Of a stretch of DNA of 64,000 bases, positions 11,137 to 22,490 are shown piece after piece (position 1 is the first letter of the stretch; each line of letters begins with the position of its first letter). The notes under the pieces are model-generated. The model made no database searches and was not told the origin of the DNA. It was given only the letters and a program-made list of their open reading frames with translations. Source of the DNA: Amphiscolops sp. MND2022 (taxonomy: Eukaryota). Both the position numbers and the translations under genes were made by a program. The stretch is taken from positions 46,686,001 through 46,750,000 of the forward strand of contig OZ076412.1 of the NCBI GenBank assembly GCA_964187785.1, given 5' to 3'.

Positions 11137-14100
11137 TGACGCAGTCAGATTGAACAAAATGGAAAATAACAAAAACTTGGAAACAAGTTCTTCAAACTGA
11201 CAAGACTCGGAACGAAGAGCCACAAAAAGTGAGAAAACACATCAGAAGATTACCCTACCCACGTTCGAAAAGATGGGAATTCAAGAAGTCAAAGTGTGGT
11301 GGCGCATATTCACACAGTACATGAAGATGACCCAAAACATTGATCTAAATATAATGACCACCGACAGAGGAATACTGGAACAATATCGAGCAGAACTCGA
11401 ACATTGGATTGAATTGAAGACCTAGTCATATGGGCACTGGGCGAATCCGCCATCACCGAGATGACACGAACCGTTCGAGACAACGATCCGAACAGAATGG
11501 ATATCAACCAATTATATTCCTTATTCAGACAACACTTCATTCCAGAACGCAACAGTTTAACAGCCGAGCAGATTTTTCGGAATTACAAGAGAGAAAAGTG
11601 GAACAGCCGAAGACGCCTGGACACGAATTCTACAAGTAGAAAAGAACTGTGAATTCGAAAACGTGACCACTGCAGAACTAATGGACTCAAAATGTTTATC
11701 CTCGATCGGAAGATCAACGGGCGATTATGAATTAAAGAAGAAAGTACGAAAGAGTGATATGACCACTGAGACAATTACGGACCTGATACACGAGTACATG
11801 TACGACAGGTTATACGAATCAAACAACACGAACGATGGCAAAGAGATACGACACATACAAGAACAACAACACAAACGAAAATGGTCTGATAAATCCACTT
11901 AAGAAAGACTAGGGAAAAAACCGGACAGTCAAAAACCAAAATACAAAGACAACCGATGCAGACAATGCGGTGCACCTAACGGGGCAAGAATGCATAACTG
12001 CCCGGCAGAATCCGCAGAATGTCGCATTTGCAAATGAAGGGGATATTTTGAGAAGATGTGCAGATCTGTGAAAAAGATACAACACATTGAAAGAAAGACA
12101 TCATCAGCAGAAGAAGACGATTGGGAACACAACAAAATTCACGCGATAAATGGCAACCATAAGAATGTCTTCTGTAATACAACACTATTGGTTTTTGAGA
12201 GCCCAATCAAATTTATTTTAGACAGCGGATTACCAGTCACACTAATCCTAAATTGCTTATTCAACAAAACAACTGAAGTGGAACCACTAATTACCACTTA
12301 TTGAGATACCACTCACTGGACAAACCAAAGCAATGGTGAAAACAAATAAAAAGACGATAGAATTACCACAACTGATAACAAAAGCAACAACATCAACGTT
12401 TATGTGATTCGATTGGATGCAACGGCTGAGATTACAAATACACAACGTGAAATTGGTCGATTTCGGAAGAAAAACAGACCAACTGAAAAACGAATTGAAG
12501 GATCTTTTTCACAACAACAAAGAGATCAATGTCCTATCAGTTACAATCAATCTAAAAGAAGGGGCACAAATAATACAACAAAAAGGACGACCAATACCAT
12601 ACACTTGCCATAATAAGAGGCAAAAGATCTGAAACGATTGATAGAGAACGGATATCTGGGAAGAGCGACCGGAATAACTGAAGACTGTTTTGTGAGTACC
12701 GCAGTAATAACAGTAAAAAAGACAAATCAATGAAAATAGCACTAGGTTCACGAAACTTGAGCGAAGTAACAATAAAACGAAAAGAACAAATGCCAAACAT
12801 GAAAACACTAGTTTCACGAATCTGACGAAAAATATCAGAAAGAGAGGACAGTGAAATTCTGGCAACAAAACTAGATTTCGATTACGTTTGTGCATAAATG
12901 AAATTGGATGAAAAAAAGAAATCTTGGTATATTTACCGTTACGGATGGAGAGTTCACTGGCTACTACCGTTTCTTGAAAGGATTTTTTGGTCTGGCAGAT
13001 ATCCCAACAGTTTTCGAAGAACGGATCAAAATACCATTGGAATAAAAACATCCGGCATGGGTTGACGATATAACAATAGTAACGAAAGATCTGAAGAAAC
13101 ACGAAGCAGAAGTCAGAGAAACAATGTATAAACTTGGAAACACCGGAAACAGATTAAACCCAAAGAAATGTGAATACTTTAAACGAGAAACTGAATGAGT
13201 GGGACATAAGGTCGAACAACAAAGAATACGACCACTACAAGATAAACTGGAAGCAGTAACAGAAATAAACCCACAAAAAACAAAAATGAATTGAAATCTT
13301 TTTTGAGAGCAATCCAATAGCTCTTAAATTATATCGAGAATCTATCTGCAAACACCAATATCTTGGAAATCTTCTTCTGAAGAAACAAAACGAATGGAAC
13401 TGGACAGAAGAACACACCAGCGTATTCAACAAATTGAAGGAATACATAACAAAAATCCCTTGCCTAGCACACTACAATGCAAATATTGAAATTATTCTAA
13501 CAACAGGTGCCAGTACGAAAAGGTTGGGAGCAACACTGTGGCAACGACAGAAAGATGCTACTTTGAAACCGGTCGGATACGCAAGCAGGTTCTTATTTGA
13601 CACTAAGAAGAAATTTGCAATAAACGAATTGGAGCTTCTCGCAGTAGTGTGGTGACTGGAACATTTCAGACTCCACATATACGGACGACCAATCGAGTTA
13701 TTGACAGATCATCAAGCATCGGAACCAAATATTGAAGAAAAAGAGATCAAATAAAACATACAGCGCAAGATTAACACGTTGACAGACTTGTACACTTGGA
13801 CATAAAAATAAAACACATCGCTGGTAAGCATCTGGGATAAACGGATTTTCTGAGCTGATTTCCTCTGTCAAAACCAAAACCAATGGAAAATTACGACAAA
13901 GAGTACGTAATTAATTGCATAATACCACTGTTTGAGTTCATCAACACTCACGACAGCATCAAGGAGTCGAGAACGAAAGAAGTGCGAACGGACACCTCAA
14001 AGAAGTGTGAACAGAAATCCGACCAATCAGAAAGCAGATACCAAAATATACAGAAGTCAAGGGACGGTAAAAAGATCGATCGCAGTCCGTTGCTATCAAC

Positions 14101-15913
14101 TCAACAGAAAGTTTCACAACTTAACGCTATTAATCAGAAAGAAACCAGAATGGATTACAAAAAATATAAACAGTTGGAGAAAGAAGACCCAACAGCAGAA
14201 ACACTTGCCCTGACAAATAGATGGAAAAAACTGGCCAAACCGAACGATTACAAAATGAAGAATGGAGTCTGGAAGAAATTTAACCCCCCGAAATTTCACC
14301 GAAAGAACATTAAACCAATTAAAACACTTAAACCAATGGAACTACACCAAAAGATAAACAGACTCATCTGGAAAAGAATGGAACAACAAAGTAAAGATAC
14401 CCCGAAGAAAAAAGCAGACGAGAAGAATTGTTCACAGTGATTGATGAAATCAGAAACAATCCAATCCAAAACAACACGATCGAGCAAAAGACCAGTAAGG
14501 ATACGCTAACAGGAGAAACGAACGGATAACCATAGCGAAGAAACAACATCAACCAATGCAAACGACTCAATGGATGTACCGGCAATAAATTTTTAAAAGT
14601 ACCTAGGAGCGACGGGAGTTAGGTACATTCAAATGGGGCAAGCAAGTCACGTCTTCGAAAATAAGGAATGGAACTTAGAAGAAACGATAAGGCAGGCAGG
14701 CCGAGCAGAAATTTTCAACGGATCTAAAGATGATCGCAATGGAGACTACAAATGATGACAAAGTGTTAAAAACAAAAGTCTGCCAGGAACGAAAAATAAC
14801 GGCACAAATCCTAGACGAATACAAACAGAACACCAAAAATCTGTTAACACGATTAGTGCCAAGAACCTTGAGAAACTCTGTGATTACTCTACTCCATAAA
14901 GCACACCCTTCGATCAACAAGATATCACACGCTATTTTGGTGGCCAAAGATGAACAAAGAAATCCAACAAAAATGTTGGACGGATGTATACCCTGCAAAA
15001 TGACAGGTAACAACAATAAGCCTCAATTACGAATGACAGGTTAATTACTTACCACCAACCAAAAAACCAAACCAAGAAATCCACTTGGATTTCATTGGAC
15101 CAATACGATTTAAACAAAGACGATTATTCCTTTTAGTATCAATAGATCGATACAGCAGATGACCCGCAGCATACATCTGCGAAACAACTACAGGCAAAAT
15201 GCATGAACCTAAATGGTATATCACATACCATTAGAACAGGTAAAGGCACGGCCTTTACAGTAAAAGAATTTAGAGATTTTTGTAAAAACATGAAGATCAA
15301 ACTGATATACGGAACACCGCCTATACATACATCAAACGGTCTCGTGGAAAGGGGTATTAAAACGCTAAAAACTGATAAGTAACAGACGCACACAAAAATC
15401 ACCAGGATAAATCAACTTGCAAATGTACTTAGAGAAGTTGGACGAGTCAGAGGAAACACAACACAAGACCGTACTACTGAAGAGGATCCAAATGTCATAA
15501 GAGTAACCGACAAAATGGTAATACTGATTAAATAAATTGAACAAATAGAAAACACGAATCAAAACACAAATAACGAACTAATTACACGAAAATCATCAAG
15601 GAGTAAATCTGTAAATCCTATAATACGTTTGGGTAACCCAATAACACATTAATTATTGTACGAACCACAGTAAACAAGTGGGACCAGCAAAACGACCAGT
15701 TGAACAACTAGAGTAGAAGGAACCGGAGTGAAAGCGGAGATTGGCGGAGACCCACAGCCAATAAAAAAGGAGTAGAAGAAAACCGGCGACAGCAAAAGAA
15801 GAAAGAATCTGACCATTCTCAACAAAACAAATTGTCTTGTGCCAATTATCTATTTAAGTTGTCATGTAAACAATTATTTTATATATACTTATAGTACCTT
15901 CGCAAGAGGGGAA

Positions 15914-16138
15914 TGTGACATTATCACGTATTGCGTCACTATTGTGTTCAGACCATAGAGGTCATCGTTGTATTTAGACAGTCAAGTACCTGTCAGCATC
16001 TAAGTTAACACCGCTTGTACATGTATATTATTATTATAGGATAACGTTCATATGAAAGTCAGTTGACATAGAACGCGATACGAATACATTGTTGGAAGCT
16101 GATTCTCCTTTAGTTTACCATTATGATGATATAGAACA
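15914..16138 (+). repeat. 3' LTR of Mag-like element 1
   Basis: Direct repeat of 10912-11136, preceded by a polypurine tract. Confidence 0.9.
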
Positions 16139-16188
16139 ATGTAATATACGTTTTATCAGAAGATGGTAGTGTTGATAATTGAACTTGA

Positions 16189-17135
16189 AACAAGCCGGGA
16201 ACGGCCCAAGACGGCGTACCGCTCAAGGTTGAAAAAACTTTTCAAACAATCAAGGTGTTACTATTGTGAAACCCTCATCAATTTAAAGTGCCAAAAATTA
16301 CCCGAAAGGATATCTTCAAGACTCGAAAACCGTTTTTGCTTAATTGGAAACATCAAAAGGAACAATTTTTGGAACCTATTTTTTTTAAATAAGTCTCATA
16401 GTGCCGAAAAAAGAACGTAACTCTCGAATACCGCTTTTTCAAGCCCAAGACATTTGAGAAAGTGAAGGCCTAATAAAAATGTCTAAAGGTCCTTTGGTCT
16501 GGTCTTTCCTCAACTTTTGCATGCATAAAAAATTGGTGTCTGGAAAAACAACCCATAGTGCCATAAAAACTAGAAGGAGACCTTCTAAGTTCGCAGAACG
16601 CTTATTTTAACCAAAATTTTTTAACGCGGAGGGACTTAGACCAAATGAATCTTTTGTTTCAAAAAAAGTCGCGCAGTGCCGAAAAAAGCGTTAGTCTTTT
16701 GAAGAGGTATTGAGAAAGCTCTCATCACTTCCTTAGAATAAAAAACAAACAAACAAGGAGGTCACCCTCAAGACTCGGAAATCAATTTTGCTTGACAAAA
16801 AAGCTCTAAAAATAAAAAATTTGAGAAATAACTGTTTCAAAATTTGTTTTTAAAAACTTTTTTTCAACAAATTCTTCGGTACGTCGCTTTGTGAGAAAAC
16901 TCAAAGGTTCTCTATGCTCATGACGCGCTTTATTTCTGTTGAAAATTGAAGGGGGCGTCGGTAAAAAAAGTTAGATAGAAGCAGCAATGTACCGAAAAAA
17001 CCCAAAGGGAGACCCTTTGGTCCTTCATCTACCTTTGTAAGCATAAAAACTAGTTTATTGAGGGACTCGAACCCACTTATACCTGCTTCTCAGGCCATCA
17101 CCTGGTCTGGAAATCCACATTAACTACTGGGCGAA
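16189..17135. mobile_element. HINE-like family copy with an internal tRNA-like A/B-box segment
   Basis: Starts aacaagccgggaacggccc. The minus strand of 17056-17132 has a TAGTTAATGTGG A-box-like motif and a GGTTCGAGTCC B-box, but no pairing acceptor stem. Confidence 0.5.
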
Positions 17136-17590
17136 AAACTGGGCCCTCTTCCATTTAAAATGAACTTTATGATCCATTCAAAGGTAATGAAATTGGACGA
17201 AAAACAAACTTTATGACCCATTCAAGGTAATGAAAATGTTATCATGCAAAACATAGGACAAACAAGTCAAAGCAAAGAAATGGCGAAAGCATTGAAGTAA
17301 CCTGAAGAAATATCCAAAATAAACGTATACTGGAGGCCATGTTCTTGGTGAAAAAATGATTGAATCGAACTGAGAGGGAGATTTTTGCGCACTGGACTTT
17401 TGTCAAAAGGACAGTCATTAAGATAGTCTAAAATATTTGTCTCGCATTTTGTTTTGCAAACCTGCAGAAGCTTCTCATCTGTGCTTGGTGAAATGCATCA
17501 ATAATTTCGTTGTTGGAACTGCCGTTTATCTCATGTAGAAAATTTGATATCGAGGGTGGAGAGAGATTCCTATAATCTAGCTTTATCGGA

Positions 17591-18000
17591 AACAAGCCGG
17601 GAGCGGTCCAAGTCGGCTCAAAAATAGCAAAAGGACTTCAAAGTGTCAAAGTAATATCTTCTACAGTACCCAAAAAACCCAAAAATTGGACCGAATAGGC
17701 GCGCCAGGGAGAGCCTTTGAGATTTTTCATCCATTCCGTCGCAAACATTGAAGGGGACCCTTCGGTGAAACAATTTTTCGGAAAAAAGCCTCGAAACGCC
17801 AAAACCAACTGAAAAGGGGCCATTTAGTCTCGTCCAGTTTTTTATGTGATGCTAAAAAAGGAACAACTCTAATAGTTCAGTTTCCTGGGCCAAAAGGGAC
17901 AGTTTGGTGCCTAAAAAATTTGTAGAACTTTCGGTGGAACTATTTTGGTCACTTCAGGTGTATCGAAAAAAGCACTGACGAAAAGCCAGGACTGTAGTCG
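17591..18000. mobile_element. HINE-like family copy (partial)
   Basis: aacaagccgggagcggtccaagtcggctcaaaaatagcaaaaggacttcaa matches 61657 onward. Confidence 0.5.
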
Positions 18001-19155
18001 AATCTTCTCTTAAGAAAAACGCCGAGTAAAAAGGGTGTTTGGTGAGTAAGTTCGTCTTCTTCTATGGTGTACCCGCATATGCAATATTTTTCCAGTAGCT
18101 CAAAAAATTGAGCTCTCTTGAAATGACTAAGATAAAAGGAGTAATAATCAAAATTGCTTTTGATAAAGTGAGTCAAATATGGGTTTTTAACAATAAATCA
18201 CTAATAAACAAAAATGTATGGTTCAACCAACACACTAGACACGCAAAACACAACTTCTCGACATGAAGAATGATTATATCCAGCTCTCGATGCTAGCAAC
18301 AAACCAGTTTTTTCCGCTAAGGCAAGTTTCTGATCACCATCTCGAAGCTCAACATTGTAGCTCTCTAACTAGGTTGTGGCTATTCCCGTACAATCCATTC
18401 ACGCCTCAATTATATTTATTCATCGCACGTTTTCCAAGTGTTCTCATCTTTGCATTCCATCATACTTGACATTTGTATTACTGGGCGTCAGTATCCTAAG
18501 GTCGCATGCTTTTATCTTCGTGTTAACCTTTTCCTTCTATGGCATAGCGAACGCATCTAGTTATACTTCGACAAAAGAGTCTTTGCTTCCTGCCAATGAC
18601 AAATGGTTCGAAAACTTGTCTGAAGTTCACATTCCATAATAATTCAAGTCTCACAAGATATTTCCAATATCCAGACAATCGCTCAATGACCTTCACTTAC
18701 ATGTTGTACAAGTTTTCTACGCGTGCGGGGTTTTTTCTATCATTACGAGTGCGGTTGAGCTTGAATCCTCACACTTGATTGAAATGCATGAAAAATTGCG
18801 CAAATTACGCTGATTTACGTGTTTTAATGTACGTATCGTGTATCTCTAGCCTGTGATGACATCGATGTTCCCCGCAACTTTGAAGATATTTGTATTCATC
18901 CGAAATTGCTACATGCAAAGTTTTGTTGTTCTAGGGTCAAGGGTTATCGAGTTACTTGATATGCGTACGGTTTGTTTACTCAAGGCAGTTACACCCCGAA
19001 TATGTTGCGAATACAGTGCAATTCACGTCAGTCATCGAATATGTTCGCTTTTGCTGTTCGTTTGAGGTATTACAAGTCACAATCAAATGCTTCTTTTTTT
19101 GCCGGGCCGGCGCGTCTGGTCTCGCGTGCCCTAAATGAACAGTACTCTTCGCGCA

Positions 19156-19201
19156 ATGGACCGATTTATGTATCTTTCTGCATATTACTTAGGGATGGTA
19201 G
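19156..19201 (+). other. Candidate upstream (5'UTR/uORF) exon of the VWA3B-like gene; its 5' end is unknown
   Basis: Strong donor tag|GTGAGT at 19202; a matching acceptor tattttccag ends at 20650; GC-rich promoter-like stretch at ~19090-19125. Confidence 0.35.
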
Positions 19202-20735
19202 GTGAGTAACTCAGACAAGCTTCATAGTCGTCGGGTCGACTAATGACGATTTACATAATAATCGTGGTTTGTTTAAATAGCGTCCGTGCTTCTTCTACTC
19301 GTTTCTCAGTGTTCAAATAATGAACGCAAACGGCTCAGTGTTCAATGGGTTAGTTCAACATCTGTTCATTATATAATACGACCTATTGCGAGCTTTGCCG
19401 TCGAGCCCGTACAAGGTTCAAACTAGTGCACCTCCGGTGCTAATAGGCCGGTTCCTAGGTTCTGGGCGTAGTTTCAACTGTATGAGCAAGTAGCGTAACA
19501 GCTCAGGTATACGTGTGCCAAGTCTCAGATCTCTACGTTTGATAGCCTTTGAGAAAAACCGTTTCTGTGATTGAAGAATTGCCACGTTTGGTTTCCCAAA
19601 TTGGTATCGTGGAATAGTTTTGCTGAAAAGTGAAACTTGGTAAAATTTGCTCTAAGGGCGCAAATTTGTTTTAACCGATTTCAACAATTTCATTGCTGAC
19701 GTCATTGCTAATTCATATTTAAGTGGTGAACAGTATCGTCTACTGAGTAAACACCGAGTTTGCAAAATTGAGTCTTAACAAAACACGTTACAATCAGCCT
19801 TTTCAGCTGCCTTTACTAATCCGGCTCTCTAAAAACGTGACAAACACAGTTCTGTCTATCGTCTGGGCTTCGCGCAAAAAAGTGGGAATTTTGTAAAATC
19901 TAAAATTTCCATATCCCATAAGAACATTTTACAAAAGAATTCCGAAGATTGATCATGATGTTATTACAAATTATAATGTATGAATAATACTCAAGACCTC
20001 GTCCGAAGAACTAAAGATAATGTGTGGAAAATTCTACTATAATGTCTGTTATTCCATGTGCAAATCATCACATCCCATCTCAAACTTTTTCTTCAGTTCT
20101 CTGGATATTTTAATAAGTTCTAATTGTGATTAAATTGTTTTTTTTTTCTGAATAAATGTGTTATTTCTATGATTCACAGAACTTTCTTTGATGTTGTATG
20201 TTGTAGAATGCCGATTAAGCTAATTTGAACGGTTTTATCAAATGAACGTCATTTGCTCAGTATTCATACCAAGTTGTGCGTTTTTTCTGTCATCTGCTGT
20301 TCAATTATTAATCAATGCAGCTGTGTGTTCAATGTTTAATCAAATTGAGCAGAAGAAAATTCGAAACCTTTTTACGTGCTTGGCAACTATCTAAAAAAAC
20401 AGAAAGAAATGGTAGCTCCGATGTGGCGAGCGCATTCAATTCTAGTTTTCAACTGGCCGGCTGAATAAATTTTAGTGCAGCGTGATCCAGCCATAAAAGC
20501 ACGTTTTCCACGCTTGCTCGCACATATCCAAACGGCTCTTTCGGCATATCATGGATTCCTGTATTGATTTCAGCTAGCCTAAATTATCTAATTTTGGGGC
20601 TAATTAATGTTTTGTCTTTACATTTAAAAACCAATTTATTTATTTTCCAGCCATTCTTGAAACTTTGTTACAACCTGATGGTGGACCTTGTTACAACCTG
20701 ACCCCATTATCGTATTTTGGGTTGAAATTGGAAAA

Positions 20736-21412
20736 ATGATCGTCCCACAAAAAGGAAAAGCCAAGTTTGATATTGGCCACTTATCGCCTCGTGCTTTAAC
20801 GTACAGCGATGTTTCCAAATCTGCCCAACGCAAAGCCCGACCACTTATGTCATGTGATGCAGTGTGTGACGTCATGATTGGCAGTTCTGATTGGCTGAAA
20901 GTTTACGGGCTAGCAGCCAATAAGATATCACTGGAGCATATCCTGCCCGCCAGTGGCTTCAAACATAGCAATGATTACGATGACGTCATCAAGAAGAATG
21001 TCTCTTCCAAGTATGGAGAGGGTTACTTTGACAGATACTTACAAAAAGATGGCAAAGTTTACAACCTGACTGGCGATAAACAAAAAGTGCAACAATACAT
21101 TCAACAAGTGAATGCAGCTATTTCTGTGTACAAAGAAAGACTCGAATGGTTGACAAACGGGTCAAGGCGTTTTTTCGGGGTCACTCAAGAAAAAACAGTG
21201 ACAATAATTATTGACGTGCACACCCCCGATGATCAGAGATATTTTTTATTTATTTCGGCCTTGAAGGAGTTGATGCATGAACAAGTGTCGAAACTGGAGA
21301 GATTCAACTTGATCAGAACTGGTCAGGACGTGAGATGTTTCAGTGATGGTTTTGTGCCCGTGAATAATTCCAGCATCAACGCGGCCATTGAATGGATCGA
21401 TGACATGAACAG
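20736..21412 (+). CDS. VWA3B: VWA3B-like protein, coding exon 1
   Basis: SSDWLKVYGLAANKISLEHIL...DGKVYNLTG...YKERLEWLTNGSRRFFGV matches the recalled VWA3B N-terminus. Donor ag|gtggtt at 21413, phase 2. Confidence 0.85.
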
Positions 21413-22112
21413 GTGGTTATCGAAGCAGACTGGGAAAATATTAGAATAATATTTTTTTTTATTTCCACCCCCCTCCCCCAGGTACACCTTGTTTTGTATT
21501 CAACACCAAACCCCAATACGGAAACACTTTTTATTCTTGAAAGAAAACTATTGCACGAATAATAGATGGGACATGGTGAGAAAACATGGTAAGAAAACAT
21601 GTTCTAGTAGGAAACATGGTCCAAATTATTTTCTCAGAACAATATTCTCCATTTTTGAATTTTGATGGTTTTTCTCCGTGCTTCTATAAATACGAGCTTT
21701 CGAGAATTCAAAATTGGTACAAAAATAGATGAAGTAGCTGCCGATCACTATTCATTGGTTCGAATTTGCAAGGAATTGTCAAAATATATTGTCTCTTAAC
21801 TCAAAATCTGCTTTTTAATCGTTCGAATGAACCAAATATGGAAAAATTTCACCAACCGTCATCCGTTTTGACCAAATTAAAATGAAGTGAGACCAAAAGC
21901 GGTGTCTGATCAAAACCTTTTGAGAATGAATGTTTTTTAATCGCATATAAAAACTTATCGCAAGAAATTACTTACTAAAGGAAATGTTTAGCTGCAAACT
22001 TGTTTCCAAAGATAGACAAAGAGTTTTGGAATTCAAATTTTCAATTTGGGACATGTTTTGTCAAGATTCGTTTCATATTATATGTGTCTAGGCTTTGATA
22101 CCCCCATCATAG

Positions 22113-22192
22113 GTACACTCTGCAGACAACAACCTGTGTGGCTGAAGCCGTCTCCAAAGCCTTTTCCTTCGCAATTCCTTCGTCAAAATATG
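22113..22192 (+). CDS. VWA3B: VWA3B-like exon 2 (80 nt)
   Basis: catag| ... |gtaagt. Phase 2 in, phase 1 out; joins exons 1 and 3 in frame (RYTLQTTTCVAEAVSKAFSFAIPSSKYG). Confidence 0.8.
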
Positions 22193-22212
22193 GTAAGTGC
22201 TCAAAAAGTGAT

Positions 22213-22419
22213 TGTTGTATTCTAGCTCATCGATATCAAAGAGATGTTTTCATATAAACTCAACTGTATTCTAGCTTATTACCAATACTCTATGATGGGG
22301 TATCATTTGCACTAAAGTGGCAGTTATTTAATAAAAGAGCATCATAGGTTGGTATATAATAAGTACAAATTATAGACAATACGGTAGACTAATTATATAA
22401 ATTGTCTGTATTCTCTTCA
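22213..22419 (-). repeat. 3' LTR of Mag-like element 2
   Basis: Direct repeat of 28064-28267, plus 3 extra nt at the outer end. Confidence 0.9.
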
Positions 22420-22490
22420 TTCCCCCTCTCACTATTGGCTATTGTTCGGCCAATGGGGTGCTGTTCTTTTGCTGTATGGCGGTAATTCCT

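Larger units (their letters stand above)
10912..16138 (+). mobile_element. Decayed Mag-like Ty3/Gypsy LTR retrotransposon
   Basis: 225 bp TG..CA LTRs. PBS TGACGCAGTCAG (11137-11148), PPT aagaggggaa (15904-15913), flanks aggta/atgta (5 bp TSD with one mismatch). Fragmented gag CCHC, protease (FILDSGLPVTLI), RT (PAWVDD), RNase H (ELELLAVVW) and integrase (LDFIGP). LTRs ~11% diverged by eye. Confidence 0.9.

Noticed and set aside
17056-17132. Functional tRNA gene
   Set aside because: B-box and T-arm are present, but the acceptor stem does not pair; it is embedded in a repeat.
18867-20387. RFX X-box promoter sites (GTTCCCCGCAAC at 18867; GTGCTTGGCAAC at 20376) for a ciliary gene
   Set aside because: Imperfect matches expected by chance; not supportable without conservation or ChIP data.
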